Origin: Prorocentrum cordatum
Taxonomy: Eukaryota
Assembly: GCA_963575745.1 (NCBI GenBank)
Contig: CAUYUJ010000329.1
Location: 62,001 to 115,293 of the forward strand
Length of the DNA stretch: 53,293 nucleotides
Reading direction: 5' to 3'
Part shown: piece by piece, positions 1-10,839 of the stretch
How positions within the stretch are numbered: position 1 is the stretch's first letter
Layout: the number at the start of each line of letters is the position of its first letter
Position numbers and translations under genes: made by a program
The notes under the pieces: model-generated
The model's database searches: none
Seen by the model: the letters and a program-made list of their open reading frames with translations, nothing else
Told to the model about the DNA's origin: nothing

Positions 1-2
1 AA

Positions 3-1820
3 AAGTGGCGCGAGTTAAACGAGACTTTTTGGAGCTACTGGGCCAATGATTTTCCAGCATATGTGAAACAAAGACATTATTGCAGGGGCCTCAATGCCAT
101 GGTGGCATGGAGCGCGAATGACATCGCATGCGCCAACCACGGACAGAACACCGCGGACATGCGTCGACATCAGAATCGTGCACCTACTGACGTATATGAG
201 CTCCAGAAATGGAATGTGAGGGTGGCGTCCCGACGCTCATGCCAGTACACGTACACGTGGACGTATCACGTTTTGTCGATGTGCTGCAGTACTTCCGCTG
301 TCCCACAGTCGTGGGGCCTGGCAAAGCAGCACAATGGGGCGTACATCCGAACTTTGATCACCACACGAACGACCTGATCAATATTATGCAAAATCGTGGT
401 ATCACTGTTCTTCCATCAGATCACTGGGTGGAAGCGTACGATAGGATTACCCCGCAGGCTTGGCATGCAAAACAGAACAACCATAACATGGCGATGTTTA
501 CAACACAGTTCCGCGACGCAGTATGCTATCGTAACTTCTGCGCTTTGATTCAGTCACTGCCCTCTCAACCATATCCATTCAGGGCGCCATTATTGATTCC
601 TGTCACGGATGAGCAGGCCTACACACAGGCCAAAGAGATCATGGCTGCTCTCGACTTCAGAGAAAGGATGACAAACGAATGGAAAAGAGATCACGACGCG
701 ATGACACAGACGGCAAGCGAAATGGCTCATTGTGCGTGGATGGCATCATGTGCCGATGGTACGTTGCCGGCATCACTCCCTGCTGACGCAGGCGACACAA
801 CGGAACCTATTCCTGGAATGCCGAAACGGACACCAGCACCTGATCCTAGCGAGCCAGACAAAGCTATCCCTGAAAATGATCCATGGGGTGTAGCGTACGA
901 CGACTTATTCAACGACTATCAACGACTATCCTGGGGCTTGGGCATCCTGGCATTCAGTCGAGAAACAAGAGCTCCTCCACCCCAAGATCATTAAAACGGT
1001 TGAAGATGCACATGCAGTTACTTGGGTTGTGTTCGAGCAGTTTTTACAACAGATTACTGACTTGGATGGAGATGATAACGCGACCAAGTCACGACTCACT
1101 GCGGAAAACAACAGGTTGACTTCTCACTGTATCGGCCCTGCTGCCGAGAACGAGCGGACCATCATAGCATGCAAAACTTTCTTCAGGCAGAATGCACTAG
1201 ATCGCGTGGCATTGGGATATGATCCTGATGTTCCGACGTCCGTGTGGCGTGCGGCGGCTGATACAGAACAGCCAGCCCCACCAGGCCCATTGCCTGACCC
1301 ACTGCAACCTGGACCGCAATCGATAGACGTGCCACAGCCATCGACTCCTGGACCAACAGCAGACCAGCAGCCAGCAGATCAGCTCCCAAAAGCTGAGGCG
1401 GTACCGATCCCTGACAACGGCACTGACCTAGAGGCCATGGAGCTGGAGGCAACTCCTGCCGAAGAGGAATCTTCTCCACACGAGATGAATTTATTATCAT
1501 GGCAGGACAGCTGCGAGCGTTCCATGTATGAGGACATCAGCCAGGTCGGGATGTTCGATAACGCATGCACTATTCGAGAGTGGAAGCTGCAAGCAGGCAT
1601 CAAGGATGACCATCCGTACGTATGTCCAGTATTGCGGGGTACATCCGCGATCAATGGATTCGCCTGCCTGGACAACAAAGACTGGTACGAGCAACTGTTA
1701 CACGATGATTGTGTGATTGCTCACGCGCCTGATATCGCACAGTCTGGTTGCTTTCCAGAATGGAAGTGGATATCGCTACCAAAATTACGACGACGTACGT
1801 TATGGTCCCGAGTTAATTGA
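3..1820 (+). pseudogene. Frameshifted N-terminal part of the element's large ORF (unknown function)
   Basis: Overlapping + strand ORFs 3-377 (open from the window edge), 209-994, 883-1119 and 1029-1820 tile the region and overlap ORF 1717-5814. Frame switches near 210, 910-1030 and 1740 suggest one ancestral reading frame broken by indels or sequencing errors. Confidence 0.55.
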
Positions 1821-4800
1821 TGATGAATGGCTGGGAGCAAACAAATACATGAGCAAAGACATCGCGACCATGTTACGCCACGAGATTCACTACAAAAAGT
1901 TCTATATAAATCAATTTCACGATAGACGGGTCAACATTTGGACGAAAACAACAGATCGTGAATGGAAGATTCCAAGCAATTGGAAATCCTTTCAGGAAAT
2001 GGTTCAATGGAAATTCAAAGATCGCAATAACCACAACGGGCCGTCCATGAACGCGGTCGTGTCACACTTCAAGAAAGATGGTGGAAATGATGGATATGCC
2101 GATTGGAACGATTATTACCCGATCTTCATCATTCGTGCGTTCCAGAAACATATTGATCCGCAGAAAAATAGAATCGAGATATACGCCAAACCAATCCCCG
2201 AGGGAGGTGACCCCAGCTGTTTCGATTGGAACAGCGTCATTGCCATTCGATGTGTTGGAGGTCACAGTTGTGTTAACCCACTTACCAAACCATGGAATAT
2301 GGGCTGGGAGAGCCTACAATGGACAGACGTGAAATACCTCCACCACGGCACAGCAGCCCGTGCTTGGCGCAACATCTTGAAGACAGGAATCATTCCAGGC
2401 TACGTTGATCCATCTTCTCAGAGAGACAAGCATCATAAACCATCACAGCGCTCGGAGGCATGTTCCAGCACATATTTAGACAATGTCCAGAAGAATCCCC
2501 ACACCTCAGTAGAGTCATATAAGTTCTACAAGAACGAGGTCGAGCTAGTGATCAATATGGAGATCGCCACAAAAGCAGGTTGCAGATTTTGGCTGGGCGC
2601 TCAAGGCGCTATCATGACAGAGGACGTGGTTCCAGCTGCGGCAGTTATTGCAATCCGCCGCCTCAAACCACATCACATGCACGGCCAGCAGATATGGCCA
2701 GACGGCGCCACATGGGATTGCCCGCCATTGGCCGCGAGACCGCCATTGAGCAAGTACGAGATTTGCGCTTATCTTCCTGGAGAGTTCATCGAAGACCCTC
2801 CTGGGATTGCACCTGCTGGCACGGATCAGAACATGGAGCAGCCAAGGACAACGTCAGCATCAGCACCTTCGGCTCAGCTGGGGGCAACCCCTGCTAGCCG
2901 TATATCTGGAGCCGATGCCTTGGATGAGCAAATGGTCCGTGTTATGATTCAGGACACCAATCACAAAGCAGATGATAAAGAATGGTTAATTGCCCTGTCA
3001 TACTGCCGAGAGGCTCTTCGACCTATTACATCAAAGATTACACAAAAAGATTGGGATCGTCGCCCTGCATTTAATGATGTTCGCATGGGGGACTTCATTA
3101 TCATTAAGAATTGGGGATCTATCAAATGTTATCATTATGCCAATCACTACCCCAAGGGCAATCACAATACCAAGGTCCCCACGAATAAGGCCCACATATA
3201 TGGTCCAATCATTCATTTCGGAGTCTTTGACAAGTTCTTCGCAGTACAGATACCTATTTTCAACTACGGTTTACGATGGGTAAACATATGGTACAATGAC
3301 AAGAGCATGCCTCTGAAGGGCGTTGTCTTTGCATTACCAATTCGTATCGACGAACATGCCATTGACCCGACATATATGAATACTGTCTTGGAGGGACCAT
3401 CCTCATGCCGTGACCAAATACTCCAGCACAAAATTGATGGCAGTCTACCATATCTTGGTATGCCGAGCATTTATAGGCCACGCATTCCACGTACACTGAC
3501 CAGACAGCCCGCTCCTCGGACACCCGATCCCGAAGAGCTGGTGGCCACACCTGCCGGAGATACCGCTCCTACGGACGATGGGCCTCAACAAACTGCAGGC
3601 TCATCTGATGAACCTTTGGTTACCGTTATCGTGGATATATCAAACATATCACTCACCGCTGAGGAAAAAGCGGTAAATGACAATATGAGAGCAGATCTAC
3701 CAGCAGAGATCCGAGCAGACGAGCATGTTGATGCGAGCATACTCGACAACGTTATTGACCCGCCAGAGGACTTCCTCAACCACCCAGACTACGACCCAGA
3801 GGAGGATTCAAGGTGTATTAAACAGTCATACGACCGCCGCATATACCGCTGGACGTCGGAGTTGTTGGTGGAGTCACCTATGATAAAGATGAACCAAATC
3901 ATTGAGGTACACACTGGCGCGGACAGAATTGTGGTTGATAAAACACAATTGCACTTACGATTTGAGATTCAGTTCGGATCCAAAGCATGGAATGCAGAGA
4001 CATACTATCTGAATTATGATCATACCCACAAATGGGCACGTGACTTGCCAATTTGCAGTGCAGACCACTCTTTCAAAAAGTTGGTACACTACCTGGACCC
4101 AGAGACCATCGAGGAGTCGACTACAGGCGTCTTTCGATGGATCTCCAAAGTAGATCAAAACATATTGATGGACAGTATTGCGGAGCTCCGTGACTTCACA
4201 AAAGATGCCATCCATCAGAAACATCCTGCACTCCAAACGTTGCGTGATCTATTTAAACATTGCATCGACACATTCGGTAATCCAGACTTCCCCGTATGGA
4301 AGGAGCTGGTGGAAACACCTGCCGCGCCACGTGACCCAGGCGCGGAGCAGGATATTCCCCAGGACCCAGGCAGCGTTGCATCCGCAGCCCCTGATCAAGA
4401 AACCATGGTACGGATCATAGCCGAGCAGACGGGAGTCAACCGCGAAGAGGGCGACAACGAGTCTGCCTTGCAGGAGAAGGCTCGCCGTCTTCGTACTGAA
4501 AACGTATGCCATGGTGATACCGAGGATGCGGACAACGACGCAACAGAGCACATAGGACTGTCTGGGGAAAGATTGTCTAGGATCGAGATCGAGGGATTGA
4601 GTAGATCAATCGCTTCCCGACCGAACGCCGAGATCAACCGCGAAGCCATGGATCAGATCGGCCGCAGTCTTGCTCGTGGTCAGGATACTCGCTGGGGATC
4701 TCGTGAGCACCTCACGACGGAGGGAGCCCCAGAAACGATCCTGCATGATATCGCGCGATGTCGGAATTGTGGTCGAGACTTATCCCTTGGGATCGTCACA

Positions 4801-5814
4801 GGTGATGGTGCCCTTTGTGACATCTGTTGGCAGTGCACCGTGGCCGTAGGTGCGACGGGTAAAAGTACCGCCGTCCAGAGCGACCTAGCATACCTCCACA
4901 AGTTGACCAACTGGATCAAGATGACGCTCTCCCAGGATGGTATCACGAGGTACATGAGAGACGGAGCGCAAGTCATTATGACGGGCGCGCGCTCATTCCC
5001 AGGCAATGAGAAAGATTCGCTGAGGAGAATGGCTAATGTGTCTAGGAAGAGGTATCAGAAGTGGGTCGAATCTGGTCGCCCTCCTGCACACGAGTGCAGA
5101 CTGATGGGCGAGGCTGGTGACGACAGACCTCTGCACTACCCATATGCCAATCTCGTTCAGCGCTTTCTCAACGATTTGAAGTTCCACCACCAACTGACAG
5201 GCGCTCGCGTGAACGTGGGCAAGAAGGCCTGGAACGTGGACGACATGCGTGATGCATGCACGATCCTCGATGCCAGGATCAGGACTGGACAAGCTGGTCG
5301 GAAGAAATGGTGGCTGAACGAGGGCAGACTCGACAAGCAAATGCGGCAGGCTCGCGGACTTGTCACGATTGCCCTCCCTAGAAGGGATGGCACCCGTGAG
5401 AAAGTCACGCAGCGCAAGCTTGCTGCGATTGCTAACGAGTTGTTGGGCTCCCTCGATCCGTCACATACCGACCAGAGGGGGGGTGATTCAGGGATGAGAA
5501 CCGATCCGATCGAACCTGATACACACTCCCATCAGTCTGATGATGCCATGGAGCCGCGCCATCCACCGCCGCCGCCGCGCCCTGCCCCTGGCGATGCTGC
5601 ACAGTCCAGCGCCTCTGGCGCGGCGGACCACATGCCCGCGGGGCCGCGCGCCAAGAGAGCGCGTACCACAGATTACGCCGCCTACTGGCGCGACGACCTT
5701 GAGGACAGTCATTGGGGTCTCAGGTATTGGAGCTACTACATCAACTGTTGGATCTACATCGCGATGAACAACGACGAGTTCGTGTACATCCACGACATCC
5801 AGTACAACGATTAG
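1717..5814 (+). CDS. kptA: Large protein with an N-proximal Tpt1/KptA-like RNA 2'-phosphotransferase (ADP-ribosyltransferase fold) domain (about 1849-2660) and a CxxC..CxxC zinc finger (about 4759-4836)
   Basis: Tpt1 motifs in the correct order: SKDIATMLRH (SKxLSxxLRH), DGYADW (DGW), KNRIE (KxRF), IRCVGGHS (IRAxQGHS), LHHGTAARAWRNILKTGIIP (LYHGT..W..I...GL.P), ELVINMEIATKAGCRFWLGAQGAIMTEDVVP (IDx..A...G..F..S.NGV.LT..IP). Reading continues plausibly past TAG 5812-5814 to a stop at 5923-5925. Confidence 0.8.
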   Translation: MLTRLISHSLVAFQNGSGYRYQNYDDVRYGPELIDDEWLGANKYMSKDIATMLRHEIHYKKFYINQFHDRRVNIWTKTTDREWKIPSNWKSFQEMVQWKFKDRNNHNGPSMNAVVSHFKKDGGNDGYADWNDYYPIFIIRAFQKHIDPQKNRIEIYAKPIPEGGDPSCFDWNSVIAIRCVGGHSCVNPLTKPWNMGWESLQWTDVKYLHHGTAARAWRNILKTGIIPGYVDPSSQRDKHHKPSQRSEACSSTYLDNVQKNPHTSVESYKFYKNEVELVINMEIATKAGCRFWLGAQGAIMTEDVVPAAAVIAIRRLKPHHMHGQQIWPDGATWDCPPLAARPPLSKYEICAYLPGEFIEDPPGIAPAGTDQNMEQPRTTSASAPSAQLGATPASRISGADALDEQMVRVMIQDTNHKADDKEWLIALSYCREALRPITSKITQKDWDRRPAFNDVRMGDFIIIKNWGSIKCYHYANHYPKGNHNTKVPTNKAHIYGPIIHFGVFDKFFAVQIPIFNYGLRWVNIWYNDKSMPLKGVVFALPIRIDEHAIDPTYMNTVLEGPSSCRDQILQHKIDGSLPYLGMPSIYRPRIPRTLTRQPAPRTPDPEELVATPAGDTAPTDDGPQQTAGSSDEPLVTVIVDISNISLTAEEKAVNDNMRADLPAEIRADEHVDASILDNVIDPPEDFLNHPDYDPEEDSRCIKQSYDRRIYRWTSELLVESPMIKMNQIIEVHTGADRIVVDKTQLHLRFEIQFGSKAWNAETYYLNYDHTHKWARDLPICSADHSFKKLVHYLDPETIEESTTGVFRWISKVDQNILMDSIAELRDFTKDAIHQKHPALQTLRDLFKHCIDTFGNPDFPVWKELVETPAAPRDPGAEQDIPQDPGSVASAAPDQETMVRIIAEQTGVNREEGDNESALQEKARRLRTENVCHGDTEDADNDATEHIGLSGERLSRIEIEGLSRSIASRPNAEINREAMDQIGRSLARGQDTRWGSREHLTTEGAPETILHDIARCRNCGRDLSLGIVTGDGALCDICWQCTVAVGATGKSTAVQSDLAYLHKLTNWIKMTLSQDGITRYMRDGAQVIMTGARSFPGNEKDSLRRMANVSRKRYQKWVESGRPPAHECRLMGEAGDDRPLHYPYANLVQRFLNDLKFHHQLTGARVNVGKKAWNVDDMRDACTILDARIRTGQAGRKKWWLNEGRLDKQMRQARGLVTIALPRRDGTREKVTQRKLAAIANELLGSLDPSHTDQRGGDSGMRTDPIEPDTHSHQSDDAMEPRHPPPPPRPAPGDAAQSSASGAADHMPAGPRAKRARTTDYAAYWRDDLEDSHWGLRYWSYYINCWIYIAMNNDEFVYIHDIQYND

Positions 5815-6050
5815 TTTCGTCGCTGGACCCCGAGGACATATTGGGAGACGTTCACGACGAGCTACGCGACGTACAATGGTCAGAGGATGTGGGACCGCAG
5901 GTTCTACAAGAACGGCAACACGTAGGGGGTCGGCTGCAAGGCCCACCGCTCAAAGGCTTGAACTTCATTATACTTCAAGTTCGCCTTGAGCGGTGGCTAT
6001 TATATACTTTTAGGCCACTTCACTATACAACACAAGTGGCCACACATACA

Positions 6051-6134
6051 AACATCTTTTGCGATAACCAAGGCAGCGTCCTAAGGAGCAAGGCCAACGG
6101 GAGTCGCCATATAGAATTCACATACATGCAACTT
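6051..6134 (+). pseudogene. Possible relic of a Ty1/copia RNase H C-terminal segment
   Basis: NIFCDNQGSVLRSKANGSRHIEFTY resembles copia IxCDNQSAI...RTKHIDIRY with a shorter spacer; short and isolated. Confidence 0.4.
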
Positions 6135-6597
6135 TCGTGTTTGTCAACACGACCTTTCGTCTGGCCAGACATTTGTTTTTACACATAATTGCGTTCCATA
6201 GCACGATCGTGTTCATCAACACGATCTCAGCGTGCATATTCGTTATAATATATCTACATTGCGTTGAGAATACTCTGACAGCTGGTGGCAACACCTGCCT
6301 CGCAAAGGCGAGGCAGATTACAAGTTGCTCTATTGCTCAGATCTTCTTTCTCCGCCCACCCTTGTCCCATTCTTCTCCGCCCTCGAGTGCCGAAGCGTTT
6401 TGGGGGGCGCGCCGAGGGGGCACCAAAGTGTGCTTGGCGAAGAAATGGGGACCCAGGGTGTTCCTTCTCACTTTACTTTGCAGCTGTGGCTATACTGACT
6501 TTAAGCTCAGCTGCCTGCAGACCTAAGGATTAAAGGAGTAAAAGGGTGACGGATTCTTTTCCTCTGTTCCCGAGTCCTACCCTCACGGGCGGGATTC

Positions 6598-6610
6598 AGG
6601 ACGGGGGGTG
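6598..6610 (+). other. Polypurine tract (plus-strand primer) candidate
   Basis: AGGACGGGGGGTG directly abuts the TG start of the putative 3' LTR. Confidence 0.55.
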
Positions 6611-6793
6611 TGAATAGAACCCGTGTAATACCCTCATATATACTCCTTATCCTTACCTCTCCTGCGCCTGGCCGTTTTGGCTCAGGTATTGGGACATATC
6701 GATCAGACCTTTGATCGTGCAGGAGGGAAAGACATCCATCTATCCCTCCTTCCCTCTACCAACGGATCAGGGGTTCTGTATCCTTGTACTTCA
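6611..6793 (+). repeat. Putative 3' LTR (183 bp)
   Basis: Begins TGAATAGAACCC and ends GGGTTCTGTATCCTTGTACTTCA (TGAA/TTCA termini plus an AGAACCC/GGGTTCT inverted match). Contains TATATA at 6637-6642 and an SL-like motif at 6671-6686. Composition changes right after 6793. Confidence 0.6.
6671..6686 (+). promoter_or_regulatory. Dinoflagellate spliced-leader (DinoSL)-like sequence inside the LTR
   Basis: GCCGTTTTGGCTCAGG vs the 3' part of DinoSL GCCATTTTGGCTCAAG: 14/16 identical. Confidence 0.7.
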
Positions 6794-7994
6794 ACCCCAT
6801 GCACAGCTGCTACGCACTGCTTGGCTCGCAGTCGTTCGGCTTCCCCCCTGCGCTGTTGGGTGGACTGGCGGGCGTTGAAATCGCCGCGGAGTGGTTCAGC
6901 CCTTCGCAGCAGCTGCAGCACCCCAGGCTCACCTACCAGCTATCGGCAGGTTGCGTTGCACCACGTTCCGCGACAGCTCAGCCCCCCTGGCTAGCACACG
7001 TCGTCTAGGGCGTTTGGGGCCTGGCGCTCCGCCAGCGACTCGCTCCTCGGGCCTCGCGCCTGCCCCCACTCAGTACGACGGACTCGGTTGCTCAGGTACA
7101 CGTCTTGTCACTGTGTGGGCCGTGCCTCATGGCAGGCATCGAATTCCCCGACATTTTGTCCTGTGCATGTGCTCGAGCTTCCCAGGATGCCCCCCGCCGT
7201 CAGTCCCCCCACGCCTCGCGGCTGCTTTGTGAGTGGGCCGGCCGGCAAGTGCGCCTCTTGTAGCTAATTAGGCTTGCCCGTTGGCCCAGACGCCCTGCCC
7301 GCCGCCTGCCTCTTCGCTCGTGGCCGCGACCGAAAAAGTATCCCCGCGGTGTCCGTGTACTGGAGTTCTCCCCGCGGTGTCCGTGTACGTCTGTCGCCAC
7401 TGCCGGTGTGCTGACTGCGGGCACGCGCTCCCTATTCAGGGCTTCTGGTGCGCGACTTCGCTGGCGCCACCTGTTGCACCCGTCTGGCCCTGGGTCACGG
7501 CTTGGTTCCCCGAGCTTCCAACGGTCGCTTTCGTGGTGCCCCCGCGCCATTTTGGCCGCGCTGCAGCTTGACTGCTCTTCGCACTTGCGCGTGCTGCTGC
7601 TGTTGGACCCTTTGAGTTGCGGCCACCCTGGTACCTCGCAGCTTGCCGATGCTCATGCCCACCCTGGGCACCCAATTCGACCTCCGAAAGTCGGTTCACT
7701 TGGCTGCGGCCACCCTGGTACCAGTAGTCCGGGTGCTTGCGCCCTTGCAACTAATTCCCGTTCGCAGCTTTCCCCGGTCGCCAGTTACCCTGGCCGCCTG
7801 CTGCCACCGACGTTTTGAATGCAACCCGCCAGCACTGGTATCCAGCCTACCGCCAGCCTTTTCCATTCGCCGGCCCGCCGCCGAGGTGCTGCATGAGGCC
7901 CCGGCCCACCGGTTTAGTTTAATTCGTCTTTGCGCGCCCCGCTCTGACTGGACTCGCCGCTGGCGCGCTCGCCTGCGGTCGCTGACAAACTGCG

Positions 7995-9115
7995 TCCCCG
8001 CCAGTGCCGGCGCGGCCCGCCGTAGCACGCTCGGCGTTCGATTTGTTTCGCGCGTGAGCATGGTCGAGTCGGGCAGCGCAACGTCGAGCAGTACGATCTC
8101 GAGTGCGACATAGGCGAGCAGCGCCGTCCGGCCAGCGCCACGGTGAACAGTGTCACGACGCTGACGGAGACGACCAGGTCTTACCATACCACGTTGGCCT
8201 CGAGCACCACGGTCACGGCCAGTGCAGCCCCGAGCAGTGCGACGTCCAGAGCCACTTGCACGGTGAGCTCCACGACGGCAATGAGCAGCAGCGTGAGTGG
8301 TTGAAACGAGAAGCCCAATGTCGGACAGTACGTCTCGTGGGCGACACTATCGGGCAGCAACACGCCGGCCAGCATTACGACGAGCAACGGCGCGACATCG
8401 ACGGATACGACAAGATCCTACAATACCACGTTGACCGAGACGAGACCAGGACGATACCTTAGACGGCTTGCACGAACGGCACCAGCAGCACGATGGCCAA
8501 CTCGAAGGTGGCCAGCAGCACCAATGCATCCTTCACCAACTTGACTTCCAGTGCTACGTTGTCCAGCAGTACGTTTCAGACGACCTGCAGGGCGACCTCC
8601 GGCCGCACGGTCACGACCAGGGCGGTCTCGAGCAGCGCGACGTCCACGGCCACTTTCACGGTGGGCTCCACGACGACATCGAGCATAGTACGAGCGGCAC
8701 CAGCAGCACGGCGGCCTGCTCGAGCGTGACCAACAGCACGACTGCACCGTCCACCCCTTCAGTGAATAGGTGTCTAGCAGTACGCTTCAGACGACCAGCA
8801 GCACGACCTCGAGCAGCAGGGCCCCCACCAGACTGCCCCGAGGAGCGCCACCGCCACGGCCACCTCCACGGTGAACTCCACGACGGTACTGAGCAGCAGC
8901 TCGAGCGCGGTCGTGGCGAGCAGCGCAACGTCGAGCAATACGACTCGAGTGCGACACAGTCGAGCAGCACCACGCCGTCCAGCACTACGGTGAGCAGCGG
9001 CACGACGCTGACGGATGCGGCAGGGTCATACAATACCACGCTGCCCTGGACGAGGTCTTCGGCGGCTAGTGCCAGCGGCTCCAACAGCACGACGGCCAAC
9101 TCGAGGGTGACCTGC
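7995..9115. repeat. Degenerate internally repeated block (Ser/Thr-rich in + frames); its left 58 bp recur at about 10649-10706
   Basis: Recurring TCGAGCAGC/CACGACG/GCCACTT..ACGGTG units near 8060-8290, 8600-8730 and 8850-9110. CCCCGCCAGTG..GGCGCGGCCCGCC.TAGCACGCTCGGC.TTCGA occurs at both 7995 and 10649. Stops interrupt all frames. Confidence 0.55.
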
Positions 9116-10839
9116 CGCGCAATTGGCTCGTCCCTCTTCGCATTGGGGCCAGCCCCAGACGGGGCCCCTCGGCGCGCCACTTCGGCTCCGCGCCTAATAC
9201 CGCCTCGGGCGCGCCTAGCTGGGGCTGCTGGCTCGCCCCTGGCCCTCCGGAGACCTTTACTCCTGGCCACTTTGCGGCCTCTCGCCCCCTGGGTGATCGC
9301 CGCCCCTCCTAGCCCGCCTCTGGCGCCGCCCAGGGGCCTCGGCCCCCCCTCCCGCGGTGCGACCCGCGCTGCTAGATCCCTCGCGACAACAGGACTCGCA
9401 GCCTGACGCAGCACGCTGCAATAGCCACATTGCGACTGTTAGTCGCGCCCCCCGACATTCCCCGCCCCTTTCTGCACCGCTCTGCAACTGTCAGTCGCCT
9501 TTACCGCCGCTCCTCCTCCGCACGCACCTTCGCTGCCTTTCGACGCTCCACTCTGCGGCTGCCAGCTGCTTTCTCCCCGCCCGGACTCCTAGTCCTCGCC
9601 CCCCACGGTTGCGACGCTCCACTGCGGCTGTCAGCTGCCCCCCCGCACGCCCCCCGCCCGCCTCCTGGCCTCCGTGCCCCGGCCCGCCCCCCGCGTGTTC
9701 TCCTCCCATACTGTGCGACTGTCAGTCGCCCCCGCTGGCCCCCCTGCCCAGCCCCCCCCCGCCTACGCGCACTACGGCTGCCAGCTACCTTCCCCCCCCC
9801 ACTGCGGCCCGCTTCACGGCCGCGGCGGGCCGCGCCTCGCCGCCCCCGGCCTCTCTCTGCTGCCGCCGGCCCCCCCCCCCCGGTCCTCGACGAAGCCCTG
9901 GGGCGTCGCGGCCGGCGCCGGCGGCCCCGCTCCGGCGCGCGTGGCCTCGGTGCTCCCTCGCCCACCGCGCCGTCGCCCCTGCCCAGCTGGGTGCCTGCTG
10001 TCCTTGGTCGGCCTCGCCGGTCGCTCTGGGGCAAGCCGCTCGCCCTCCCGTCGGGGTGCCCCCTTGCCGTTTGGGCCCCCCTTGGCTCGTGGGCGCCGCT
10101 CGCCCGTTCGGGGTCGTCGGACACCTTGCCTCCCCCGTGCCGGTTGGGCCTCGCCGCCGCGAGTTTGGCGATGTTCCTGGCGTTCTTGGCGTCCGGCCGC
10201 CTCGCTCTCGGTGCTTTGCTTGGCACTGTCCTTGCCCCATCGCCGCGGCTCCCGCTCTCGTGCTCTCCTTGCGCGTGGGGGGCTCCCTCATGTCGTGCCT
10301 CTTGACCTCCCCCTGGCGATCCGGAGTCCTCCGTTGGGCGCTTGCACGGTTTGTTTTCTTCGACTACGTGACTGCGGTCATGTCCCCCTCGATTGCGCGG
10401 ACGTGGTCTTCGGGAACTAATTAGGCCTCGAATTACCTCGCCATTTTGGCGCTGCACGCGGACCGGGTCCACCTCCTGGTCTCCTACGGCATCGGCGTTT
10501 TCGGCTTGTCTTTCAGCGTCGCCTTCGCCTTCTGAGTCGCAGCGTAGCTCGCTCCTGCGCGCTTAGTGCCTAATTTAGATCTTGGCGCGGGTGCCTCGCT
10601 TCTGGACGGCGCGCGATTAGACCGTGACGCTCGCGAGCAAAAAAAGTACCCCCGCCAGTGTTGGCGCGGCCCGCCATAGCACGCTCGGCATTCGACTCGT
10701 TTCGCGAGCCCACTAACCAAAAAATGCCCCCGCCAGCCGATCCGGAAACGATGCCCAGGGGAGTTGTCTGGAGGAGGGGCGTAGGTAAAAAGATCGCGAA
10801 GCAACGGGGCCAAGGAGAGTGAATTTGTCGGGGCCCTCC

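Larger units (their letters stand above)
1441..6299 (+). repeat. Five dispersed 20-nt hairpins AGCT-GGNG-GNNA-CNCC-TGC(C/T) at 1441-1460, 2876-2895, 3536-3555, 4304-4323 and 6280-6299
   Basis: Stems GGAG/CTCC, GGGG/CCCC and GGTG/CACC (x3); loops GCAA, GCAA, GCCA, GAAA, GCAA. Four copies are in coding frame (ELEATPA, QLGATPA, ELVATPA, ELVETPA) and one lies downstream of the large ORF. Confidence 0.85.
1..6793 (+). mobile_element. 3' part of an LTR retrotransposon-like element (probably Ty1/copia-related) carrying a large non-pol ORF; 5' end lies outside the window
   Basis: Intronless coding-like block of lower GC that ends sharply at 6793. Purine tract AGGACGGGGGG(TG) lies immediately before a TGAA...TTCA bounded 183-bp segment. 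A copia RNase H-like peptide relic sits at 6051-6134. Only one LTR is visible, so the call rests on these signals. Confidence 0.6.

Noticed and set aside
8060..9115. Mucin-like Ser/Thr-rich protein gene
   Set aside because: Frames are interrupted and no start, signal peptide or splice logic could be supported; kept as a repeat.
9120..10480. Many overlapping 250-350 aa Pro/Arg/Ala ORFs
   Set aside because: Very high GC makes all frames open; no domain motifs.
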